Positions 9,921-19,764 of a stretch of 64,000 nucleotides of DNA are shown one piece after another. The position numbers were made by a program, and so were the translations under genes. The stretch's first letter is position 1; each line of letters opens with the position of its first letter. The DNA comes from an uncultured delta proteobacterium (GTDB lineage: Bacteria > Desulfobacterota > Desulfuromonadia > Desulfuromonadales > JACZKF01): the NCBI GenBank assembly GCA_963816395.1, contig CAWFKQ010000012.1:2155-66154 (forward strand), in the 5' to 3' direction. A model generated the notes under the pieces. That model did no database searches. It was given only the letters and a program-made list of their open reading frames with translations, and was not told where the DNA came from.

Positions 9921-11255
9921 TCAACCGGCGCTGGGCTTCCGACGCACCTCCAACCGCAGGTTGTCGGCCATGCGCACCACCTCCACCGGTTCGCCGACGG
10001 CGATCGGCTCGAGGGCAAAGGCGTTCCAGTACTCGCCGTGGACGAAAACCCGTCCTTCGCCGTCGATGGCGGTGACCGCCGTCCCCCATTCCCCTGCCAT
10101 CCCTTCCCGTCCGGAGACGAAGCGGCGGCGCTGGGTGCGGGCGACGAGAAAAAGCACCAGGAGAAAAAAGGCGGTGCTCACCCCGACGGTGGCAGCGATG
10201 ATCGCCCGGGAAATCTGCATGGAAGGGGCGGAGGAATCGACGAGGATCAGGGAGCCGAAGGTCATGGCGACGATTCCGCCCAGCGTCAGCATGCCGTAGG
10301 AGACGACCTTGACCTCCAGGATGAAGAGGACCAGCGCCAGGATGATGAGCAGGACCCCGGCGAAGTTGACCGGCAGGGTCTGCAGGCCGAAGAAGGCCAG
10401 CACCAGGGCGATCGCTCCGATCGCCCCCGGCAGGATCACTCCCGGCTGGGCAATTTCGAAAAAGATTCCCAGGATGCCGAGCATGAGCAGCATGTAGGCG
10501 ATATTCGGGTTGCCGATGACATTGAGGATCTTCTGCCGCAGGGACATTTCGGCGAACTGCAGGCGCACCCCCTCGGTATGCAGGACCCGCTTTTCCCCCT
10601 GGCGCAGATAGCTGCGGCCATCGAGCTTTTTCAGCAGGGTGCCGGGGTCCTCGGCGACCACATCGATGACATTCTGCTCGAGGGCTTCCTGGGCGGGGGT
10701 GGAAATGCTCTCGCGGACGATCCGCTCCGCCCATTTCTCGTTGCGCCCCCGCTGGTGGGCAATGCTGCGGGCGTAGGCGGCCGCGTCCTGCACCACCTTC
10801 TCGGTCATCACCGAATCCTTCTCCTTCTCCCCACCGCCGCCGAAACCGAGGGAGACCGGATGGGCGGCGCCGGCATTGGTCCCGGGGGCCATGGCGGCGA
10901 AATCGGCGGCGAGCAGGATCAGCGAACCGGCCGAGGCGGCTCGGGCGCCGGGGGGATAGACATAGACGATGACCGGGATTTCCGAGCCGAGGATCTTCTG
11001 GATGATCGCGCGCATGGCGAGGTCCAGCCCGCCCGGCGTATCGAGTTCGAGGAGAAAGGCGCGGGCGTTTTCGGCATTGGCCCGCTCCAGTTCGGAGGTG
11101 ATAAACCCCGCAATCACCGGATTGATGGTGTCGGCTACCCGCACGGCGCGAATCACCGGCGCCGGCGCTGACGCCGGTGCCTGGCCGTCCGCCGCCCACG
11201 CCGAGCCGGCGAGCAGCACCATCAGCAAAGAAAGCCGTAGCCAGAGGAGTTTCAT
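9921..11255 (-). CDS. nfeD: NfeD family membrane-bound serine protease (ClpP class)
   Basis: [31 protein letters not shown] region and OB-fold GRVFVHGEYW. Confidence 0.95.
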   Translation of the reverse strand: MKLLWLRLSLLMVLLAGSAWAADGQAPASAPAPVIRAVRVADTINPVIAGFITSELERANAENARAFLLELDTPGGLDLAMRAIIQKILGSEIPVIVYVYPPGARAASAGSLILLAADFAAMAPGTNAGAAHPVSLGFGGGGEKEKDSVMTEKVVQDAAAYARSIAHQRGRNEKWAERIVRESISTPAQEALEQNVIDVVAEDPGTLLKKLDGRSYLRQGEKRVLHTEGVRLQFAEMSLRQKILNVIGNPNIAYMLLMLGILGIFFEIAQPGVILPGAIGAIALVLAFFGLQTLPVNFAGVLLIILALVLFILEVKVVSYGMLTLGGIVAMTFGSLILVDSSAPSMQISRAIIAATVGVSTAFFLLVLFLVARTQRRRFVSGREGMAGEWGTAVTAIDGEGRVFVHGEYWNAFALEPIAVGEPVEVVRMADNLRLEVRRKPSAG

Positions 11256-11418
11256 GGAAAATAGCTTATCGCACCTGGAAATCCGTGTCAAACCTTTGAA
11301 AATTTTACTTTTTTCAGAAATATCGGATTCCCTGCAGGGCCCCTTGCTCCGAGCTCGGCGGATATGTTAGATTCACACCTGTCAATTTGCTGACGCCCAC
11401 TCACGACAGAGGTGATCC

Positions 11419-12801
11419 ATGAAGAGCCGCTCCCAGATTCTGGTCATCGACGACGATGCGAGCAACCGTGAAGCGCTGCACCTGCTGCTGACCGGCGCCG
11501 GCTATCAGGTGCAGGCGGCCGCCTCCGGCGAGGAGGCCCTGAAAATTCTCCAGGAGACCCCTTTCGAGATCATCATCACCGACCTTTTCCTCCCCGGGGT
11601 GAACGGCATCGATATTCTCAAGCAGGTCAAGGAGGATTCACCCTACACCAACGTCATCCTCATCACCGGCCATGCCTCGGCGGAAACGGCGGTGGAGGCG
11701 ATGAAAGAAGGGGCCTTCGACTACATCACCAAACCGTTCAATTTCGAGAAGCTGAAAATCCTCGTCGACAAGGCCCTGGAGAAGAGCGCCCTGGTGGCGG
11801 AGAACCTCTATCTGCGCCAGCAGCTGCGGGGAAAATACAAATTCGCCAACATCATCGGCAACAGCCTGCCCATGCAGCAGGTTTTCTCCCGCATGGAGAA
11901 AATCGCCGGCACCGACTCGACCATCCTCATCCTCGGCGAATCGGGAACCGGCAAGGAACTGGTGGCCAAGGCGATTCATTTCAACGGCAGCCGGCGGGAA
12001 AAACCGTTTATCGCCATCAACTGCGGCGCCATTCCGGCCGAACTGCTGGAGAGCGAGTTGTTCGGCCACGTGCGCGGCTCCTTTACCGGCGCGATCGCCG
12101 ATAAGCCGGGGAAATTCGAAATTGCCAACCATGGCACCATTTTTCTCGACGAGATCGGCACCATGCCGATGCACCTGCAGATGAAGCTGCTGCGCGTGCT
12201 GCAGGAGCAGGAAGTGGAACGGGTCGGCGCCAGCCGCAAAATCAAACTGAATGTCCGGGTCATCTCGGCCACCAACTCGAACCTGGAGGAGGAGGTCAAG
12301 CAGGGACGTTTCCGCGAGGATCTCTATTATCGGCTGAATGTCATCCCCATTACCCTGCCCCCCCTGCGTGAGCGGCGCGAGGACATCGCCCTGCTGGCCC
12401 TGCATTTCCTGCAGAAGATCTGCCGCGAGATGAACCGCCCCCTGATGTCGATCTCGCCGGCGGCGATGCATGCCCTGGAGGCCTACGACTGGCCGGGAAA
12501 CGTGCGGGAGATGGAAAACGTCATCGAGCGAACGGTGGCCCTCGGCGAAGGGGAAATCATCGAGCCGCAGGACCTCCCGGCCGATATCGGCGGCGGCGAA
12601 GACCCGGACGCCTCAGTGCCTTGCCCGCGACTGACCGCCGAAGGACTCGATCTGGCGAAGACCATCGAACAGATCGAGCGGGGCATCATCCGCCAGGCCC
12701 TGGAACTTTCCGGCGGCGTTAAGGCGCGCGCCGCCGCCATTCTGGGACTCAACCGCACTACCCTGGTGGAAAAGATCAAAAGGCTGGGGATGGGAGAGTG
12801 A
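11419..12801 (+). CDS. Sigma-54-dependent response regulator (NtrC family)
   Basis: REC domain, GESGTGKE, ELFGHVRGSFTGA, WPGNVRE and Fis HTH. Confidence 0.97.
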   Translation: MKSRSQILVIDDDASNREALHLLLTGAGYQVQAAASGEEALKILQETPFEIIITDLFLPGVNGIDILKQVKEDSPYTNVILITGHASAETAVEAMKEGAFDYITKPFNFEKLKILVDKALEKSALVAENLYLRQQLRGKYKFANIIGNSLPMQQVFSRMEKIAGTDSTILILGESGTGKELVAKAIHFNGSRREKPFIAINCGAIPAELLESELFGHVRGSFTGAIADKPGKFEIANHGTIFLDEIGTMPMHLQMKLLRVLQEQEVERVGASRKIKLNVRVISATNSNLEEEVKQGRFREDLYYRLNVIPITLPPLRERREDIALLALHFLQKICREMNRPLMSISPAAMHALEAYDWPGNVREMENVIERTVALGEGEIIEPQDLPADIGGGEDPDASVPCPRLTAEGLDLAKTIEQIERGIIRQALELSGGVKARAAAILGLNRTTLVEKIKRLGMGE

Positions 12802-12901
12802 GATAGCAAGTAGCGAGATCATCAGGTAGCTACTATCTCACAATCTCACTACTCGCTGTCTGCAGTTACTATCTCACTACCTCACAACTTGCTATCTCAC
12901 T
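12797..12901. repeat. Inverted 7/8-mer periodic repeat (TGAGATAG-type)
   Basis: Perfect 15-bp outer IR agtgagatagcaagt/acttgctatctcact with internal ctatctca-like copies; contains the regulator's TGA. Confidence 0.8.
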
Positions 12902-12918
12902 GCCTTCAGGAGTTTCCG

Positions 12919-14281
12919 ATGACTCGCAGCGAAGACGTTATGCGCAAGGATGCCGAGGCCATTTTTCTGGCGGGGGTGGCGGCCGTGGACCCGGAGCGGG
13001 CGGTAGGTTCGCTGTTGAGCCGCCGGGGCGATCACCTGGTGGTTGGCGACCGCCGGCTCGAGCTGCCGGCCGGGAAGATTTATGTGGTCGGCGCCGGCAA
13101 GGCGGCAGGACCGATGGCGGCGGCGGCAGAGGAGATTCTGGGCGAACTGCTGGCGGAGGGGGTGGTGGTGACCAAATACGGGCATGGCCAGCCCCTGCGC
13201 AAAGTCCGGCTGATCGAGGCCGGCCACCCGGTGCCGGACGAAAACGGCCTGCAGGCCGGGCGGGAGATCGCGGCGCTGCTGGAGAAGACGGGGGAGCAGG
13301 ACCTGGTGATCTGCCTGATTTCCGGCGGCGGCTCGGCCCTGCTGCCGGCTCCCGATGGCGTATCGCTGGCGGACAAGATGGAGATCACCGAGCAGTTGCT
13401 GGCGTCCGGAGCCGAAATTGCCGAGGTCAACGCCGTCCGCAAACACCTCTCCCGTTTCAAGGGGGGCGGGCTGGCCCGCCTGGCCGCACCCGCCAGAGTG
13501 GTCACCCTGATCCTTTCCGACGTCGTCGGCGATCCACTGGACGTGATCGCCTCCGGCCCGACCGCTCCCGATCCGAGCACCTTTGCCGATGCCCGCGATA
13601 TTCTCCGGCGCTATGGGCTGGAGGGGAAAATCCCCGCCAGCATCCGCCAACGACTGGAGCGCGGCCTCGCCGGGGAGGTGCCCGACACCCCGAAAGCCGA
13701 CGATCCGCTGTTCGACCGGGTATTCAATCTACTGGTGGGGAATAATGACAGGGCCATCGAGGCAGCGGCGGAGCAGGCGCAGCGCCTGGGTTACCGGCCG
13801 CTGGTTCTGTCCACCACCATCACCGGTGAAACCCGGGAGGTGGCGGGGGTGCACGCCGCCATTGCGCGGGAAGCGGCCGCCAGCGGCCGCCCGGCGCCGC
13901 CGCCGCTCTGCCTGCTCTCGGGGGGGGAGACGACAGTGACCCTGCGCGGCGATGGAAAGGGCGGGCGCAACCAGGAGTTCGCCCTGGCGGCGGCCCTGCA
14001 GATCGAAAACCTGCCCGGGGTCCTGGTCCTCTCGGGGGGAACCGATGGCACCGACGGACCGACCGATGCCGCCGGCGCCATTGCCGACGGCACAACCCTG
14101 GCGCGGGCCAGGGAAGCCGGCCTGGATCCTCGCCGGCCATCTGGAGAACAATGATGCCTACCCCTTTTTTGCCACCCTTGGGGATCTGCTGATCACCGGC
14201 CCGACGCGGACCAACGTCATGGACCTGAGGATCATTCTGGTTCGCCAGGGGCGAAATCCGGCCATCGCCTGTCTGGGATAA
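12919..14281 (+). CDS. Glycerate 2-kinase (TtuD/MOFRL family), frameshift near 14135
   Basis: [33 protein letters not shown] and GTDGTDG motifs; C-terminal NNDAYPFF...[10 protein letters not shown] in the next frame. Confidence 0.92.
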
Positions 14282-14297
14282 CCCGGGGCACGCCGGT

Positions 14298-14585
14298 TCA
14301 CTGCACCGGCGGCTGTCTTTCCCCTTCCAGCCAATCAATCGCAGCCTGCAGGTCGCAGTTGCGGGCCAGTTTGACCAGTCCGACAACATCTCCCTGGGCG
14401 CCGCAGCGGAAGCAGTTGAACTGCCCGCTCTTGATCACCATTTCCGGAGCCCCCTCTCCGGTCGGCTGGCATCCCGGGCAAAAATAATGCTTCCCCTGCC
14501 CCCTGAGTCCCAGATCGGCGGCAACCCTTTCCACGGTGCGTCGATCCGTGACCTGAAGATCCACTTCCCGGCGGTCGTCGATCAT
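14298..14585 (-). CDS. Stand-alone primase-type (CHC2-like) zinc finger protein
   Basis: 95 aa; FCPGC...FNCFRCGAQGDVVGLV...AAIDWL resembles the DnaG Zn-binding domain. Confidence 0.7.
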   Translation of the reverse strand: MIDDRREVDLQVTDRRTVERVAADLGLRGQGKHYFCPGCQPTGEGAPEMVIKSGQFNCFRCGAQGDVVGLVKLARNCDLQAAIDWLEGERQPPVQ

Positions 14586-14668
14586 GCAGCCTTCCTCCCT
14601 GAATTTTTTTAAGTCTACCCGAGCGTTGCCGGCTGGCAATCGGTTCCGGAGCGGGAGTGAGATGCATT

Positions 14669-14745
14669 TTTAACGCGGAGGCGCGGAAGCGCTGAGAAAA
14701 TAGACAAAAACAGGACCATCATTCTCCCTGCGTCTCCGCGTTAAA
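14669..14745. repeat. Intergenic inverted repeat
   Basis: tttaacgcggaggcgcgg ... ctgcgtctccgcgttaaa. Confidence 0.7.
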
Positions 14746-14843
14746 GGCTTTGCTTCATAGTTTTTCATCATCTTCGGGTAGTGGGCCGCAGGCCCGTGTT
14801 GACTGTGGTGAATGGTTTTTCCGTCCGGCTCCCAGTTATAGGC

Positions 14844-14870
14844 AAAAAAAAGCCGCCCGAAAGGGCGGCC
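14844..14870 (-). terminator. Rho-independent terminator
   Basis: gccgccc-tttc-gggcggc followed by T8 on the minus strand. Confidence 0.8.
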
Positions 14871-14894
14871 AGATGCACGCGGCTGTGGCCGCAA

Positions 14895-15810
14895 TCAAAT
14901 GTTGCCAAGGTTGGCAAGCCGTAAGGCTTCATGGTCATCAACCAGGGCGCGGGGGAGAATCACCGTGACCCCATACCCCTCATCTACCAGTTTCAACACG
15001 TTGTTGAGATCCGGGTAAGCCACCGAGGAGAAGTGGGGCGCCTTGATATCCACCCGACCTTCCTTCAGGAATCTGACAATTTCATCAATATGGGCCATGC
15101 CGATGGTGAACATAGCGCGCCGGCTGTCGATATTCCCCAGCTTGAATTCGGTTTCGATGGCCTCAGGAATTCTCTGCAGCATAGCGGCGCTGCGGATCTC
15201 CTGAAGATAATCGAGTTCCAGGTCAACCAGACCGTCCTGCCCTTCGGACAGGCGCAGGTATTTGCCGACCGACCTGATAGATCTCGGGCTCCTCGACCTG
15301 CTGCAACTGGATATCGAAGTTGGCCTTCAGCAGCATGTCGGCATTGACGAAGACGTTGGTGTCGGCCAGCTTCTCCTCCAGCGTCTGGTCATCCAGCGGG
15401 GCGGCCTTGACCGGATCGGAGTCGCTGAGGCTAGCCTTCTTGATCGATACCGCCGGACTCCTTTTGAAAAAACCTTCCGGCAGCAGCAGGCGAACGTTTT
15501 CATTCTGGACCAGCCATTCGCCAATGCGATAGAGTTCCGCCTGCGCCTTGACGGTATGGGTGCCGTTGGCACCGGAAATGGCGCTGCGGTGGCTCTGGCC
15601 GATGATGTAAACCTCCTTGTCGCCGTTCCCCGGAATCTGGAAGATGACCTTGCCGAGGCCCTCGGGAATTGCCGGGCTCTCGACAGACTTCTGCACGGCA
15701 TGCTCAACCGCCGCCTGCGCGGGAGCCGATGTCGGCAGCCAGGTGAGGGTGGAGGCAATGAGCAGGAACAACACACCCCTTCCGAATTTTTGCCAGCGAA
15801 AACATTTCAT
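14895..15810 (-). CDS. Hypothetical exported protein, frameshift near 15260
   Basis: Signal-peptide-like N-terminus; IIGQSH and LLLPEGF in one frame, IGMAH in the downstream frame; RBS GAGG; lies between riboswitch and terminator. Confidence 0.65.
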
Positions 15811-15866
15811 TTGCAACCTCGATACTGAAAAAGCTTTGGTGATGGGATTGCAGATGGGAGACAGAA

Positions 15867-15956
15867 AATCCGGCAATCCCGCTGTCATGGGGCTTGGACC
15901 CTTTAGACCGGTGATTTTGCGCCTCCAACTTTCGTTGGATTTGCCTTTAACAGATT
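15867..15956 (-). promoter_or_regulatory. GEMM-I / cyclic di-GMP-I riboswitch
   Basis: Minus strand AATCTG-TTAAAGGCAAATCCAAC-GAAA-GTTGGAGGCGCAAAATCACCGGTCTAAAGGG...ATGACAGCGGGATTGC-CGGATT, showing P1, GNRA tetraloop P2 and receptor P3. Confidence 0.9.
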
Positions 15957-16295
15957 GGTTGGATAGTTCTCTTCGCTTCGGGCTATGTTAAACGAAACCA
16001 GCCCCTCCTTGTCAATCCAAAAAAATTTAATTTCTCGTTGTTTAACGAGCAGTTAACGACATTTCATTGAGAGCGTGGAAGGCCGGATGGTTTTGCTGCC
16101 TCCAGGACGGCAGGCGCCACATCGGGCGGTAGGTTTAAGCCCAGATAAACTTTAGTGGGTCTTAAATCAAGGGAAATTCACTTTCCAAGGCTCCAATTGA
16201 AAACGCATTGGTTGACCAGCGGTCTTTCTGTGGTATTAATTGGGATGTTAAATTAGAAAAATTACATAATAAATTCCGAATGGAGGCGAAAACGT

Positions 16296-16703
16296 ATGGC
16301 GTGGATGGACGGGTTCGCTCACTGGTTGCACTGGCTGGGGGCCTGGATTGACTGGCTATGGGCCGCAGGCTGGATCCTGGCGGGGGTGCTGGGCACCCAC
16401 CTGCTCTGGTGGTACCGGCACAACAGGTTGGCGGGCCGGGAGAAAGAGGTGCGTGAGCAGCTGTCCAGGATCGAAAGCCGCCATCGGGACATCCGGCGAC
16501 ATACCGAAGAGCTCAGCCGGCGGGAAGCGGCTCTGAAGAAAATGGAAGAAAGTCTGCGGCTGCAGACCGAACAGTTGATGCCGCAGATCGAGCAGATACG
16601 GGGATGGCTGGACCAGGTGGCCAAACGCGAACAGGTGCCGACCGCCACCGGCGAGGGCAAGCCGGGGCGACCGACGGCGCCGCCAAGCGCTTCGATCAAC
16701 TAG
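16296..16703 (+). CDS. Hypothetical membrane-anchored coiled-coil protein
   Basis: GGAGG RBS; Trp-rich TM segment followed by a charged helical region. Confidence 0.7.
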   Translation: MAWMDGFAHWLHWLGAWIDWLWAAGWILAGVLGTHLLWWYRHNRLAGREKEVREQLSRIESRHRDIRRHTEELSRREAALKKMEESLRLQTEQLMPQIEQIRGWLDQVAKREQVPTATGEGKPGRPTAPPSASIN

Positions 16704-16713
16704 AGAACCAGGA

Positions 16714-16773
16714 CAGCGAGATCGCGAGGTAGTCAGCAGCGAGATAGCTAAACCTTCCCGCTACTGACTACTG
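16714..16773. repeat. Degenerate 7/8-mer repeat (AGCGAGAT-type), same family as 12797-12901
   Basis: agcgagat cgcgaggt agtcagc agcgagat ... gctactgactactg, between convergent genes. Confidence 0.55.
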
Positions 16774-16779
16774 TTGTTT

Positions 16780-17469
16780 TCAGGGACCTGTGGTGAAGGT
16801 CCAGGTTTTTTCCACCAGGGCATGCCCGGTTGCAGTAGTAATTTTCGAGCTGAGAGTTGCCTTATAGGAGGTGTTGGCTTCCAGAAGGCTAATCGGGGTG
16901 AAGGTGGCGATATCCGACTCTGAATCGTAAGTAACCGTCCCGGGGACCGCCGTGGCGTAAGTAACCGTCGCGTCTGCCGCCGCTTCGCCTGCAGCCAGGG
17001 TAAAGGTCTTGTCGTTGATGGTCTCCTGCTTCATGTCCTGGCTGAAAGTGGCCGTGATCGGGGTATCGATCGGCACCCCCTCAGCGCCGCCAGCCGGGCT
17101 GACTTCCGGCTCGCGGACAATCGTGAACTTAATGGAGTGGGTGTTGCCGGCGCTGTCGGTGGCGGTCAACTGCCCGGAATTGTTCCCCATCTGCAGATTG
17201 TCTACGGTGATGTCCCAGCTCCCGCCGGATACGGTCGGCCCGTCCGTCGTCGCCGGCGGGTCCACCGTGGCCTGCAAGGTGGCAGAGGCCTCGATCGTGC
17301 CGGAAAGTTTTACCGAATCGAGGACGGTGGGCGTCGAGGAGGAGTCCGCGGTGACGGTCAATTCCGGGACCGTGATATCCTGGTTCCCGCCACCGCAGCC
17401 CGCGAGGGAGGAGAACGTCCAGGCCATCGCCATCATGGCCACCCATTGCCAAACCGCTACCTTGCGCAT
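16780..17469 (-). CDS. Lipoprotein with Ig-like domains
   Basis: Lipobox LAGC; C-terminal SPAGGAEGVPIDTPITATFS...ATFTP...WTFTT typical of Big_5 domains. Confidence 0.8.
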   Translation of the reverse strand: MRKVAVWQWVAMMAMAWTFSSLAGCGGGNQDITVPELTVTADSSSTPTVLDSVKLSGTIEASATLQATVDPPATTDGPTVSGGSWDITVDNLQMGNNSGQLTATDSAGNTHSIKFTIVREPEVSPAGGAEGVPIDTPITATFSQDMKQETINDKTFTLAAGEAAADATVTYATAVPGTVTYDSESDIATFTPISLLEANTSYKATLSSKITTATGHALVEKTWTFTTGP

Positions 17470-17579
17470 CAGACTTCCCTTCCTTGTCATCGGCAGGGCT
17501 CTTTCCCACCGGGGAATCAAAATAGTCCAGTTTCCTCGTCACTGACAACTGTTTTCTGCGGCCGGAAGGCCCCGCACGC

Positions 17580-17610
17580 AAAAAAAACCGTCCCCCCGCG
17601 GGAGGACGGC
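17580..17610 (-). terminator. Rho-independent terminator
   Basis: ccgtcctccc-gc-ggggggacgg followed by a T run on the minus strand. Confidence 0.75.
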
Positions 17611-17635
17611 CGGTGACTTCTGCCGGGTGCCATGT

Positions 17636-18247
17636 CTAAACCGGGAAACTTTCGATGAAGCGGGACAGGCGGTCTTTTGCTCCGCCGATCCAGGGTTGCC
17701 CGTGGGCGAAGAGCAGGTGGTCGAAGGGTTGCCCGAGCAGGTCGCGGAAAGCATCCAGGAGACCACTCTTGATCCTTTCCGGATCGTCCCCCAGGTAGGC
17801 GTCGGGGACGAAACCGAGCTCTTCCCCGTAGCGGACCAGGGCATCGCCCAGGGCCAGGACTCCTTCGGCGACGGGGATGTACAGGGCGGTCTCCTCCGGG
17901 CAAAGGACCCCCACCGGCAGGGCCAGAATCCCGCCCGGCAGTTCGTCACCGTGCTCGAAGGGATGCACCTCCGGATCATCGGGAAACTCGTGCAGCCCCT
18001 GCCGGTGGCACCAGACGGCTGTTCCGAACTGGCGGCGGAACCGATCGCTGTGCCGGAAATGATGGCGGTTGGTCAAAAAGGCATAGCGGGGAGGTCCCTG
18101 GCGGTTGAACCAGTCCAGACCCTCGGACGGCTCACGGGGATCGATCAGCACCGGCGGGTCGCCGGCGATGTAAGCGGAATGGACTTCCTGACCGATCCCT
18201 TCATGAAAGGTGGTCCAGTGAAAAACGCCGGGGAGGATCTCCTGCAT
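17636..18247 (-). CDS. Metallo-beta-lactamase fold protein
   Basis: LIDP, LTNRHHFRH, GDAL and LLFAHG motifs. Confidence 0.75.
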   Translation of the reverse strand: MQEILPGVFHWTTFHEGIGQEVHSAYIAGDPPVLIDPREPSEGLDWFNRQGPPRYAFLTNRHHFRHSDRFRRQFGTAVWCHRQGLHEFPDDPEVHPFEHGDELPGGILALPVGVLCPEETALYIPVAEGVLALGDALVRYGEELGFVPDAYLGDDPERIKSGLLDAFRDLLGQPFDHLLFAHGQPWIGGAKDRLSRFIESFPV

Positions 18248-18340
18248 CGGTTTCTCCTGACAAAAAGAACGTTCTCTTGGTGAGCAAGGGGAGACGGGCG
18301 GAACGCCGGTTCCGCCCGTCTCGTGGCAATCCCTGTTGAA

Positions 18341-18973
18341 TCAGCTTCGGGCCTGGCGGCGACGCAGCACCAGCCCGCTCAGGCCGGCGCCGAGCAGCAG
18401 CAGGGTTCCAGGTTCCGGCACCGGAGTCGAAGGCGGTCCCACGGCGAGGAAGTTGCTGGTCATATCATCAATCGCCTCGAACCGTCGCAGGTGGCCGGCA
18501 AACAGATACCCATCATCATTGGCGAAGGCGAAATTTTCCGGCTCCAGGGAGGAGTCCAGGATATGAAAGCGCAGGGGGTCGTTCCCTTCACTGCCGAAGG
18601 CCGTCCCTTCCACGCCGAACTCAAACCGGCCGAACTCGGAGACATTCATGTTCGTGGCGACATTCCAGGTGCCGGTCTCGTCGACCACGATATTGCTGGT
18701 ATCCAGCAAGGTATCGTCAAAATTGAAATAGAATTTGTCCCAGGTGAGATCGTTGCCATCCGTAAAATACCCGGTGTTCGCACCCACCTCGAAATCGATC
18801 CCGTCCATTCCCTTGGTAATGGACACGTAGCCGTACCCCGGCGGAATGGCCCCCGTCCAACTGCCGAAGGAATTGGACTGGTTGAAATAATAAACGAGTG
18901 CCTGGGACCGGGGCACCCACCCGGCAAGGAAAACCAAAAGCATGAGCAGCAGCCAGAGACCTCTTTTCATCAT
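18341..18973 (-). CDS. PEP-CTERM sorting domain protein
   Basis: Signal peptide; C-terminal VPEPGTLLLLGAGLSGLVLRRR. Confidence 0.93.
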   Translation of the reverse strand: MMKRGLWLLLMLLVFLAGWVPRSQALVYYFNQSNSFGSWTGAIPPGYGYVSITKGMDGIDFEVGANTGYFTDGNDLTWDKFYFNFDDTLLDTSNIVVDETGTWNVATNMNVSEFGRFEFGVEGTAFGSEGNDPLRFHILDSSLEPENFAFANDDGYLFAGHLRRFEAIDDMTSNFLAVGPPSTPVPEPGTLLLLGAGLSGLVLRRRQARS

Positions 18974-19019
18974 CGTTTCTCCTTTAGAGGGATAATAATT
19001 AAAATCTAAAGTTCCATTA

Positions 19020-19191
19020 AGCAAAGACCATTCCCAATTTATAACTTAATGTTTTTGCTTATTTTTTATCAGAGACCAGATAAATAAAGGGGCTTTGTAA
19101 GAGAATGCCGACAGCTTCCGGCTACGGCAGTGCATCCTTCCTGCCGCACCCGCCCGGCCGCCGGAGAAGAGCGTGTAATCTTTTCCGAACA
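19020..19191 (-). promoter_or_regulatory. Putative sigma-54 promoter and two enhancer sites for the PEP-CTERM gene
   Basis: Minus strand TGGGAATGGTCTTTGCT (GG-N10-GC) at 19020-19036; TGT-N12-ACA sites at 19096-19113 and 19174-19191; AT-rich spacer. Confidence 0.55.
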
Positions 19192-19241
19192 AACGGCGAG
19201 GCCGGTATTTACTACTTCATTACAGGCTATCTACTGTCTTT

Positions 19242-19727
19242 TCAGTAGATAGCTCCCAAAATCAGTCCATAAACCACATGGGCGACCAAGGTTACCAGGG
19301 GAGTGCGCCGCCCATAGTTGAGGGCCAGGAACCCCGGCGGTTCCAGCCAGCGGGTGGCACTCGGCCCGAAGCGCTCGTCGGCCATCCGCGGATGGATGTT
19401 CGGCAGCAGGACCATGACTACGGCCAGCATCATCACGCCATGAAACAGGCCCAGCAGGCCGCCGAACCACCACCCCGCCAGCCCCAGCCAGTCGAAAACC
19501 AGGCCGTAGAGGAAGGCAAAAACCCAGCCGTTGAGAAAATGGACGGCGAAGCCGTAAACGTCGGCCCGGCGGCGGCTGACGGTAAAGAAGGTGCCGAGCA
19601 TGAAGGGGAGGCTGATCCGCGACCAGCCGAATTTCTGGCTGGCTTCCAGAATAGTGGTCAATACTCCGGTAGCGATGAACCCGCCGACCAGGATTGTATA
19701 GACGTGATAACCGCTGCCTGCGTCCAT
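19242..19727 (-). CDS. Hypothetical membrane protein
   Basis: 161 aa, about 4 TM segments; immediately downstream of the GH15 gene. Confidence 0.75.
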   Translation of the reverse strand: MDAGSGYHVYTILVGGFIATGVLTTILEASQKFGWSRISLPFMLGTFFTVSRRRADVYGFAVHFLNGWVFAFLYGLVFDWLGLAGWWFGGLLGLFHGVMMLAVVMVLLPNIHPRMADERFGPSATRWLEPPGFLALNYGRRTPLVTLVAHVVYGLILGAIY

Positions 19728-19764
19728 CCGGCTTCTCCCCTCAGTGGCGTTTAGCGTCGAACGC

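Noticed and set aside
14298-19727. Prophage or integrative island
   Set aside because: Accessory-looking genes, but no integrase, transposase, att repeats, tRNA target or phage structural genes.
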